64,000 bases of DNA from Felis catus. Taxonomy: Eukaryota. Of the stretch, positions 1 to 10,990 are shown piece after piece. The notes beneath the pieces were generated by a model. That model was not told the DNA's origin, ran no database searches, and saw only the letters and a program-made list of their open reading frames with translations. The stretch lies in assembly GCF_018350175.1 (NCBI RefSeq), contig NC_058368.1, forward strand, positions 70,434,001 through 70,498,000, in the 5' to 3' direction. How positions within the stretch are numbered: the stretch's first letter is position 1; every line of letters begins with the position of its first letter. Made by a program: the position numbers and the translations under genes.

Positions 1-2840
1 GCCTACTTTAAAAAAAAAAAAAAAAAGACCTACATGTGAAGAGCAAACCTTAAAAATTTTTTGAAGGAAGTATAGACAAATAATTTTATGACCTCAGCAA
101 TGAAAGAATGTCTTTGTAAAAAAGACATGAAGAGCACATTCCATGGAGGAGGAAAATGAATAAATTTTACATTTCTATTCATTGAAAACCAATATTAAAA
201 AGTAAAAAGACAAATTATGAACTGGGAGGAGATATTTGCAATGTATATAAGGACCAAAAAGCCTCTTAATAATTCAGAATGTATTTTTAAAAACTCCTAC
301 AGATTACTAAGACAATGACACATAACCCAATAGAAAAATGGGCAGAGCCAAAGTTGGATGCTCAACCGACTGAGCCATCCAGGTGCCCCGATTTTTTTTT
401 TTAAGAAGATGGGAGTGAATGTCCAACGTTGCTAAGAGGTCAACTGTGCTAAGGACAAAGGACTGACCATTGGATCTTGCCAGGTATGTGTCACTAATGA
501 CTCGACTGAGCACAATTCCAGTGAGTCGTGGGTCGAAAGCCTGCCTGGAATGGATTGGAATAAAGAGAGGACGGGAGGTGAGGAAATGCGCACAGCAAGG
601 GCCAGCCTGAGATTCTTCATCATGGGGAACAGAAAATAGTGGGAAAGCAGGAAAAGAATAAAAAGGTATATATTCTTGAGCAAAATATTTTTAAAGCATC
701 TAATAAGAAGTGAAAATAGTTCTTTCAGGAGAGACTATTAAGAACCACATCTATTCTTGCATAGTTGACAGATAAGAAGATACAATTCAAAAGTGAAGGA
801 GCTGGTCTTAGATGAGAGTGTGAGAATTGTATATTCATATTATTGATGCAATAACAGTACTACCAAGGCTGGGTGGGTGGTGGTCTTCATGCAAGAGAGC
901 AGAGCACACAGACGTACGTGATCTTTTTTTTTTAATGTTTTTTTTTTTAGTTTATTTATTTATGTATTTTGAGAGAGACAGAGTGAGTGGAGGATGGGCA
1001 GAGAGGGGGGAGGAGAGAGAGAGAATCCCATGCAGGCTTCATGCTCAGTATAGAGCCTGACGTAGGCCTTGAACCCACAAAACCGTAAGATCATGACCTG
1101 AGCTGAAATCAAGAGTCAGACGCTCCACCAACTGAAGCACGCAGGTGCCCCTAGAGTTTATTTCTAAGACAGACTGTATTTACATTCCTGGTATTTCCTG
1201 TGTTTAGTTACCTGTTCATCTCTGCTGGCACCCACCAATGTCTTGCTAGGTCCAGCCTGTCTCTGCAGTAACGGAATCCAACCTTACTGGGCACAAACCC
1301 AAACTATGTGCTATGCACTAGATAAAGTCACCTGACAAGGTGAGAGACCCCCCCACCCCCCACCACCAAAAGTTAGACCTAGATCAGCCCCGGTGATGCA
1401 CCAGCTTCTGATTCTAGGACTAACTTCTGGAGGCATTGGTCCTTCCTTCCATAGGGGATGGGAGGTCCAAATAGGAGACGATACAGAATGTGAAAGTTGA
1501 CAGAAGCAAAGGAGGTCCCAAGTAGGAAAAACCGGTGAGAAAAGGAAGGTCTGAGAAAACATATCCAAAGAAGGAAATGAGAGATGCTGCTGAAAACAGC
1601 AGTTACAGGAAACAGAGCCCAGAGGAAATTCAGGAAAGGAGCGCATTGCTCATCTAAGTAGAATGAACACTATACTAATGGCATTAGGTGTGTGAAATTA
1701 TACACTGGCTGACTCTTTTATTTTTATTTTTTAAGTTTATTTGTATGTATGTATGCATGTATGTATGTAATCTCTACACCCAACACAGAGCTCGAACTCA
1801 TACCCCGGAGATCAAGAGTTACATTCTCTTTTGACTGAGCCAACCAGGCACCCCTGGATCTTTCATGTTTAGTATCTAATCCACTGTACTTAAATCTAGC
1901 TGGTAGGGGCACCTGGGTGGCTCAATCGGTTAAGCATCCGACTTCGGCTCAGGTCATGATCTCACGGTTCATGAGTTCGAGCCCCACATCAGGCTCTGTG
2001 CTGACAGCTCAGAGCCTGGAGCCTGCTTCGCATTCTGTGTCTCCCTCTCTCTCTCTGCCCCTCCCCGACGCGTGCTCTGTCTCTGTCTCTCTCAAAAATA
2101 AATAAACATTAAAAAAAATTTTTTTTAAATCTAGCTGGTAGGTAAGTAGCTTCTTCTAAGTGGTTCTTCAAGAACCACTCCCTAAAACAAACCATGCTAC
2201 ATTTTCCAAACCAGTTTTGGGGGCACTGGAGATATTTGCTGGTTTTACGATACTTCAAAAGGATTGTCTTATTATAGTTCTTGCGATTGGATCTTTTATC
2301 GCTGCTGTTTCAAATTCATCTGACCAGAATCCGTTCCAGTGTCCTAAAAGGAAACAAGGTCAGTCTGTGTGAAAATTTTTGTTCTAAACATTTCAAAGTT
2401 TCTATTCTTGTTCCGTCAGTGGGGAGTTGAAGTGTGGGGACGTGTGGGCTGGGTTTTGTTTTTTTTTTATTCATTTCATAGGTCAGAAACTGTAGTATTT
2501 TCTGCCTCCGAGCCAAGGGAGGAAAGAAAAATGTGACACGAGTTTGGCCCCCGCTACCTCCACTGAGTGGCAGGGTCACTTAATGGCACCAAAGTGTATC
2601 TGGTCATGTTCCTTTAAAGTGTCCTCTGGTCGTGATTTTTTTGGAATAGAGACGAGGTAAATATGGACAGGGGTGAGGGTGGTAACGGCGTCCTCAGGGC
2701 AGAGAAAGTTCTGAGAGCAGAATTCCCAGCAGAAAACCGGACTGGACAGCTTTGCCACAGCCCAGCTTGCAGCAGGGCAAAAGCACCCCTCCGTGAATTC
2801 AGGTTAATTGCTGCTAAAATTATACTGGATTTTTTCTTTC

Positions 2841-2888
2841 CTTCTTCTTCTTCTTCTTCTTCTTCTTCTTCTTCTTCTTCTTCTTCTT
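2841..2888. repeat. (CTT)16 microsatellite
   Basis: Perfect trinucleotide run read directly. Confidence 0.95.
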
Positions 2889-3135
2889 TTTGTACTCTTT
2901 ATTGTCACAAGAAAAAAAATCTAGGAAATTTTATAAAAACACATTCTGTCAAAAAAGGAAGTTCTTTGCACTTGTCCTCAGCAAATCTTTAGGGCAGTGA
3001 GTTTTCTCCACTAGCAGACTCAGACCTACCCAGTTTCTGAACCAATATTTATGAGGGCAGGAGTACATCTGTGTATCTTTCCTCACTCCCAACATCATCA
3101 CCAGCAGGTTGAGTCAAGAAGGTGTTGGTCTTTTT

Positions 3136-3356
3136 GGGGTGCCTGGGTGGCGCAGTCGGTTGAGCCTCCGACTTCAGCCAGGTCATGATCTCGCGGTCCG
3201 TGAGTTCAAGCCCCGCGTCAGGCTCTGGGCTGATGGCTCAGAGCCTGGAGCCTGTTTCCGATTCTGTGTCTCCCTCTCTCTCTGCCCCTCCCCCGTTCAT
3301 GCTCTGTCTCTCTCTGTCCCAAAAATAAATAAAAAACGTTGAAAAAAAAAAAAAAA
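3136..3356 (+). mobile_element. Young feline Can-SINE (SINEC_Fc type)
   Basis: tRNA-derived head, (CT)n region, long polyA. Perfect 19-bp TSD aagaaggtgttggtctttt at 3116-3134 and 3357-3375. Confidence 0.93.
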
Positions 3357-3411
3357 AAGAAGGTGTTGGTCTTTTAAAGCCCTGCTCCCTCCTGGGTGGA
3401 GTATGGGCCCC

Positions 3412-3800
3412 GTTACAGGCTACATTGTGTTCCCTCAAAATGTTTGGGTTGAAGCTCTACCTTCCAGGAGCTCAGAATGTGGCTGTATTTGGAGACAGGG
3501 CTTTTAAAGATGTAATTAAGTCTGAATAAGGTCATGAAGGTAGGTCCTAATCCCAACAAGATTTGAGTCTTTGTAAGAACAGGAGATTATGACACAGGCA
3601 CACACAGGGGAAGACCACGTCAAGATACAGGGAGAAAACAGTCATTGACAAACCAAGGAGGGAGGCCCCAGAAGAAACCAATCCTACTGTCCTCTTAATC
3701 TTTGGCTTCCAGCTTCCAGAACTGGGAGGAAATAAATTTTTGTTGTTTCACATCACCTAGTCTGTGGTACTTTGCTACGGTGGCCCTAACAAACAGAGAC
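3412..3800 (+). mobile_element. MaLR LTR (MLT1B/C-like)
   Basis: cagaatgtggctgtatttggagacagggc...cttccagcttccagaactgggaggaaataaatttttgttgttt...gtggtactttgctacggtggccctaacaaac. Confidence 0.78.
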
Positions 3801-4036
3801 AAACTCCACACACTCATTCCCACCAAATACCAGCTCTTCTCTCCTCCTCATTCAACAAGCCAGTGTGAGTCGACCACGGCCAGGATGGCTCTCTGTCCTG
3901 CACCCATCCCTTATACTAGGACTTGGCATACTTTGTCTGGAGAGGGCCAGAGAGGAACTATTTTAGACTTGGAATGCCAAGAGGCAAAAGAGAGAGAAGA
4001 TGATGTGGTTGCTAATATAAATGTAAAATGTTACAC

Positions 4037-4567
4037 TTACACTTGTACACAAATGTTCATAGCAGCGTTAGTCCCAACAGCCAAAAGGTGAAAACAACCC
4101 AAAGGTTCATCAATATTCATCAATAAGACAAATGGATAAACAAAATGTGGTATATGCACACAATGGACTAGTATTCAGCCTTCCTTAAGAGGAAGGAAAT
4201 TCTGACATATGCTACAACATGGATAAATCTTGAAAATATTACGCTAAGGCCACAATAAGCCATAAGCTTATTATGTCATAAGCCAGACACAAAAAGACAA
4301 ATATTGTGTCATTCCACTTCTATGAGGTACTTAAGATAGGCAAATTTGTAGACAGACAGTAGAGCAGTGGTTACTAGGGGCTGGAGGGAGGAGGAAATGG
4401 AGAGTTAGTGTTTAATGGGTATAAGAGTTTCTGTTGAGGATGATGAAAAGGTTCCAGAAATGCAGAGTAGTATTTGTTACACAGCATTGTGAACATACTT
4501 AATGCCACTGAACTGTACACATAAAAATAGTTAAACTGTGAATTTCATGTTAGGTATAGTTTACTAC
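4037..4567 (+). mobile_element. Old L1 (L1MB-like) 3' end
   Basis: aaatgttcatagcagc...atggataaacaaaatgtggtatat...gctacaacatggataaatcttgaaaa...aatgccactgaactgtacac; typical L1M 3' region. Confidence 0.8.
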
Positions 4568-4790
4568 CACCACTACAACAACAAAAAAAGGTTATTCCCC
4601 TTCCCCTTCCCCCAAATGTAACGATTTAAAAATATTAAATACAGGGGCACCTGGATGGCTCAGTCGGTTAAGCTCCTGACTTCAGATCAGGTTTTGATCT
4701 CATGGTTCATGGGGCTGACAGCTCAGAGCCTGGAGCCTGCTTCAGATTCTGTGTCTCCCTCTCTCTCTGCCCCTCCCCCATTCACACTTG

Positions 4791-4823
<33 letters not shown>

Positions 4824-7438
4824 AAAAATTAAAAAAAAAATGAATAAAAATATTAAATACAAGGCTAAGGGTGGGGTGCATGTGGATCGGAGGGGAGGCA
4901 GACTGGCCCCCAGATCATAGCGTGACTACTCCTGCCCTAACCTGTTCAGCTGGTGTCTCACCTCTATTCTCTATTTCTTGATGGTAAGCAAGAGGTCTGC
5001 TCTAAACAGACAGATCACCTGTAGCTGTCAATATCTGGATTCCCCAATGTGAGGTGCTCTGGGTCATGGTTTTACTTTTCTCCATCACCCTGTGTTGCTG
5101 AATGCATGCAGACATCTCTGGATGCTTTAGGGCCTCATCCACTAAAGCTATGGATGGAGATGTGTGAAGTCTTTGCTTGGGAAATGAGTCCTCCATGGAG
5201 GATACAAACAAATTAAAAAGCATGATTCTGGTTTTATTATAATGGGACCACACTTAATATCCGAAATGAGAAAACAAAGCTGAAGTCATTGCTTACATAA
5301 CAAGGGAGAGCTATGCTGGCTAGACTCTGTCTCCCTGTGCAGAATACAGTGTTGACTTACAATGGGTTTTGGGAACATGAGTCAGGGATTGGGACACTTT
5401 CAGAGGCGTAAGTGGATTAACATCATCCGGAGAAGTGTGGTCACTGGCTGAGTTATTATTGATTGGTTGGCACTCGGTGTGTTTATTAAAGTGAGTCCAT
5501 CTCTGATTGACTTATTTTCAAAAGATAGGGGTTGAACTAATTGGTCAGCTTGTAAATGCATGTTCACCGAGGCAAGTTGTCATTGATCGATCGAGTGGAT
5601 ATAACACCAGTTCTGATGGCTACTTGTTACCATGCCTGCAGAACAATCAGGTTTTCCCTAGGTTGGTAGGAACTTTTAAATTCTCATGTTTAATCTGTGT
5701 CGCTGTCTTTCCGGCCATTAAATATCTTTGTTATCCTCCATGGCAAAGACTGCCAGTTGCCTACCTAATAGCCATTCTCCCCTCCTGCCTTACTAATAGA
5801 GCCCTGCTTTAGTTCACGGTAGCAGTGTTCCCAGACAAACTTGCATATTAGGTGGACGATGTGTCACAGTCCTAACCAGTGAGATGTGAGCAGAATCATT
5901 GGGTGCTGCTTTCAGCCAGATGTGAGCAGTGAGATGTGAGCAGAATCATTGGGCGACCTTCAAAGGAAAGCAGAATCAGTAGGTATGCCCCTTTTCTCCT
6001 TCCTGCCTGGAAGGAAGGCAAATGTCTGAGGGGCAGAAGCCATCTTGGCTCCATGGAAACCAAAGTGACACCCTAATGATGGCAGATAGAAAGAGAGAAA
6101 GAGATCCTGAACGTGGTGAAGCTATCATATCAGCTCTGGACTTGCAGCTGTGCAAAAAAACAAAATGAAAATCAAAAACAAAACCCAAACCTCTATTTGG
6201 TAGCTACCGTGAGCTGAATTTTCTGTTGTGTGTAGCCAAGCCTATTTCCAACTGATAAGCCTGCCGTTCTGGGTTTTTTTGATCTGTCCCCTCACAATCA
6301 TACCAATGGCACCCGTACATACTCATTGCACAGCAGAGTTCTCAGCCCACCACGGGATACACTGTCAATATATAATTGTCGAATGTGCAATTCCCAAAGG
6401 AAGTTTTTTGTGCCTTGTGATAGGAAGCAATAAGTACAAAACGTCATCTACGAAGTAATCTTGCCAAAAAGATTTAAAGTGAATCCGATCATGAAGAAAC
6501 TATTCAACAAATTCAGCCTTGGAGACAATCTAAAACAACTCACCTGAACTCTTCCAGAAAGTTCCAGGAGACAAAACAATAAACAATAAGGTGGGGGATT
6601 ATTCTGGATTTAAAAAGACCAGACAACATCACAACCAAATGCAATGTGTGGAACCTCAGCTGAATCCTGGATCCAACAACAAAAGATATTGGGGTCACTC
6701 AAGATACCTGGACTTACCTGCCTGAAATCCTGAAGGCACCCAATAGTGGCCTGTGTGGTGTAGAAAAGGCATTTCTCAAGGGATAGATACCCCATGCACA
6801 ATCCCATGCAGACCACTCAGATCAAGAGAGAAGCTTGGAGAGCTGTTGGTTTGAAAACACTTTGTATGGCTGGGATATAAAAATCCAGGAGGTTTTGTGG
6901 GGCTTTTTTTGTTTGTTTTTGGTGTTTTTTTTTTTTTTTTAAGTTTTGTTTGTGCAAGTAATCTCTACACCCCTTGTGCTGCTCAAACTCAGGACACCAA
7001 GATCAATACTAGCATGCTCCTTGGACTGAGCCTGCCAGGCACCCCAAACCAGCAGTTTTCTTTACAGTTCCAAGGATCAATACAACCAGAGAGGCTTAAG
7101 AAAACTCTAAAATCTATCAGAGAGGTTCCTGCAGGGAATGATGGAACCTTGTGACCAACCTAAGACAATCCCCCCACAAGCCTCAGGGGCGGGCAGGGCT
7201 GTTCCTGGGAGGTGAGGACCTGGGGAGCCTCATCAGGCATGCAGCCTAACTCAGCCACTTGCCGTACACAGCCAGTGTGGTGTCAGGGCCGAAAGGAGGG
7301 GCGTGCCCTGCCCGGATCTCTACACCACACCGGAAGCATAAAATAACTGCTGTGAAATGACTTGTTACCCAGGGCGAGAGAAACCGGTGCTCGGACCCGG
7401 ACCCAAGCAGTGTTGGTGAGACAAGGCCAGACCAGAGT

Positions 7439-7453
7439 CCACTAGGGGGCGGT
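7439..7453 (+). promoter_or_regulatory. CTCF-like binding motif
   Basis: CCACTAGGGGGCGGT matches the CTCF core consensus CCAC(C/T)AG(G/A)(G/T)GGC(G/A), in a locally CpG-retaining patch (~7180-7460). Confidence 0.6.
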
Positions 7454-7892
7454 AGAGTGCAGCGATGAGGGCACAGGCTCTGTCTAGGAGCCCTGGATCA
7501 GTCCTGGCTTCTCCACTCAGCAGTTAGGTGACCTAAAGCTAGTCACCTCTCTGAGCTTTCGTTTCCTCATCAGTAATATGGGGATGAGAACAGAGTGTGT
7601 TCTGGTTAACACATGTGGCATATTGTAAATGCTGGGTTAATATTAGCTAGAATTATCATCCACTGATAGAGGGGGGAGGGCTGCCTCTGCACCTGTGCAT
7701 CTCAGGGTATGTGTGCAGCGGGGCAAATGGGGACACGGGCTCACTGGAACTTCCGGGCGAGGCCTGGAAACTGCTGCTCACGAAGTTGAGTTGAAGAATG
7801 AATCACCAAGTAGAGACATGTGACACACCAGGCCAAGGGCCACCTACCCATTCCTTCCAGCTGTAACCTTGTTTTCGGTCTTTCGAAAAAAG

Positions 7893-8495
7893 ATTTCACT
7901 GTGGTAAAATACACATAATATAAAATTCACCATCTTCATCATGTTTAAGTGTACATTTGGTGGCATAAAGTACATTCATCACCAACATCCATCTGCATTT
8001 TTCTTTCTTTTTTTTAAGTTTATTTATTTTGAGAGAGAGAGAGAGAATGAAAGAGAGTGAGAGCACAATCTAGGGGAAGGGCAGAGAGAGAGAGAGAGAG
8101 AGAGAGAAGGAGAATCCCAAGCAGGCTCCACACTGTCAGCACAGAGCCTGATGCTGGGCTTGAACTCAAGAACCCGTGAGAGTTGGAGCCTTAACTGACT
8201 GAACCACCCAGGCGCCCCCCACAGAACTGAAACTCTGTACCCATTCGACAGTAGTTTCCCATTTCCCCTCCGTGTTGTCCCTGGCAACCGCATTCTATTT
8301 TCTGTCTCTATAAATTTGACTACTCTAGGGACCTCATATAAACAGAATCATACAGTATTTGTCTTTTTTTATGACTGGCTTATATAATGTCCTCATGGTT
8401 CATTCATGTTGTAGCACGTGTCAGAATTTCCTTCATTTTTACGGCTGAATAATAGCCCATGACATGTATATACCACATTTTGTTTATCCACTTGC
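7893..8495 (-). mobile_element. Old L1 (L1MB-like) 3' end interrupted by a SINE
   Basis: gtggtaaaatacacataatataaaattcaccatc...ggcaaccgcattctattttctgtctctataaatttgactactctagg...cacattttgtttatccac. Confidence 0.78.
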
Positions 8496-8734
8496 TGGGT
8501 CGATTGAGTAAACTTTTGGTTCCTTTTGAACCAGATGATCCATCAGGACTTTTCTGGGAGAAGTTTAACAACCAAGGGAATCTGTGGCTGACCCCTGGGA
8601 AGAGAAGAAATCTCCAATATGGAAAAAGGCCTAGGAGAACAAGAAACGATTTGCAGGCAAGGGAGGAAAGAAATTCAGCCAGTGTCCAGACCCACGGGTG
8701 TATACACTCCCTAAATGTCATTCACATGGTTGAG

Positions 8735-9274
8735 AGGTGGCCCATGACGGTCATTGCCTCTCAGTTCCAAACCCGTGCCTCTCAACGTGGCTTTGTGATG
8801 CTAGGCTGAGACCCTGCGCACCACACATTGGGCTCTACCAATTAGAGGTGCTACAGGAAGGCTTCAAGACTAGAGGGAGAAGGAGGGCCCTGTGACCTTC
8901 TTTCTGCTTGTGATTCCTCTGAGCAACACCCCAACAAATGTCTCTTCACCCAGAAGGGGCAGTGCCTTCCTGTAAGAGCAGCCAAATCCGGTTTCCAGGG
9001 GCTCCAACATTTGCAGACACAGTTTTATTGCTCCCCACCATCACCAACCGGCCAGTACACCCTCCTCTGAGAGCTGGGAGCACCCCTCTAAGTGGTAAGG
9101 TTTTAATCATTCCAACCTCTTTCCTTTGTTTGTGTAGCCTGAGAGGTGAGGTGGTAGCCACCTCCTCTGTGATATATTGGAGTTGTCCTGGAGTAGTTAT
9201 CAATTCTATATTCAACTCTCTCTTTCCAAGTTTTTGCTGTGGTTTTGTCTTCTGACTGGATTGTAACCAATGCA
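8735..9274 (+). mobile_element. ERVL-class LTR (LTR33-like)
   Basis: ctttgtgatgctaggctgagaccctgc...ggtggtagccacctcc...ttctatattcaactctctc...ggttttgtcttctgactgga; resembles recalled LTR33. Confidence 0.55.
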
Positions 9275-9946
9275 CCCCTCCCCGCCAACCACAATTTCAA
9301 AACTTTAATGCCTTCCAGCACTGTCTCTCCAGAACCTCCCTCTAGAAAGGGTGACCTGGCCTCCTGTTTCATCCGGAAAATTAAAGCTGGTTAGGTGACC
9401 TCAAACATGCCGCCCCCCTAACACCAACCAATCTGTAAAAATTTCTGGAGCCAATTTCCTCTTCTCCAGTCTCAGAGGATAAGGCATTTTCTTTCTGCTT
9501 AATTCCAAATCTTCTATAGGTGCTTTTCAGCCCAACCCCTCCGATGTCCCCTATTCTCTCAATTCTTAATATGTTCTTTCCTAGGGACGGGTGAAAGGGT
9601 TGACAGGTACTCTTTTCCTCTCTCTTGTTAACCACATCCATATTTCCCCCAGAGCATGTCCACCCAGGTCTGAATTCCTGGGCAAGCTCTGCATTGCTAG
9701 AATCTAGCACAGTGCCTGGCAGGGAGGAGGCACAGGGATGACATTCAGTAAGTGTTTGCTAAATGGGTGTAGCAGACAGAGGGGTTATTCTTTACCGCTT
9801 GCTGAAGGCATCAATGACTGGGTGGGATTCTGTGGTTAGCAGAGCTCATGGCACACCTGGGGGGCCATGCGGTCCTTGGACCACCTGCACCAGAGTCACT
9901 TGGGAGCTTTATAAAAATGCTGACTCAAAACCCACATTGATTAGGG

Positions 9947-10990
9947 TACATCAAAGGGACACAGGAGCCAACTGAACCAGCCCCCAGGGGCCAACGTTGA
10001 AATAATTTGAGCAACAAAACAAATAAAGTAGCATTGGGTTATAACCTGAAGTATAAAATAAATGTCCGTGAGTCTATACCGATATAAACAAATGGTTGAA
10101 TACATAAATGTGGGAGAAAAGACAAATTTCCCATGCAGAAGAATTCCAAGTAATTTATATACATACTACATCCTCAGAGAGGTGGAACAGAACTTCCTGC
10201 TCAAGTGTGGGCTGCCCATAGTAACTTCCTTCCAAAAAGGAGAGTATGAAAGGGTACATCTAGAGCAGAGAAGCCTGACTGATACGACCTCAACCAGGTG
10301 AGCAAGGTCAAGAAGAGCAGTAATGACTCAGGTTGATAGTGTGTATACTTGACATTGTGTGATGAAAATAGCATTTTACCTTTGTGGTATTTTCCCCAAC
10401 AATCCATGACCTCAATCTTATCACGAGAAAAACACCACACAAGTTCTAATAAAGGTATAATACCCTGCAAGCTTCTTGACCAGTCGTCCTCAAAACTGTT
10501 AAGGTCATAGAGAACAAAGAAAGACATAAAACTGTCATGGTCAAGGGGCTCCTGGGTGGCTCAGTCAGTTAAGTGTCTGACTTTGGCTCACGTCACGGTC
10601 TCACTGTTCATGGGTTTGAGCCCCACGGAGCCTGGAGCCTGCTTCAGATTCTGTGTCTCCCTCTCTCTCTAAAAAATAAATAAACATTAAAAAAAATTTT
10701 TTTTAACTGTCACGGTCAAGAAAAGCCTAAAGAGACATGACAACTAAATGTAATGTGGCACTTGGACGGGGCCCTGGAACAGAAAAAGGACAGTAGGTAA
10801 AAACTAAGGAAACCTAAATGAAGTATGGCCTTTATTTCATATAATGTATCAATATTGGTTTGCCACAAATGGACCATAGTAACGTAAGACGTTAATGACA
10901 GGAGAACTGGCTGTAGGGGTTCTGAGAATTCTTTGAACTATCTTTCCAATTTTCCTGTAAAACTAAAGCTTTTCTAAAAAATTAAGACTA
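9947..10990 (+). mobile_element. Old L1 (L1MC-like) 3' end, apparently inserted into a MER5-type element
   Basis: catcaaagggacacaggagccaactgaa...agagacatgacaactaaatgtaatgtgg...ctggaacagaaaaaggac...ctttccaattttcctgtaaaactaaa. MER5-like halves at ~9878-9925 and ~11010-11118. Confidence 0.72.

Noticed and set aside
2663..2992. 109-aa ORF with a poly-Ser tract
   Set aside because: The poly-Ser is simply the (CTT)16 microsatellite; no other coding evidence.
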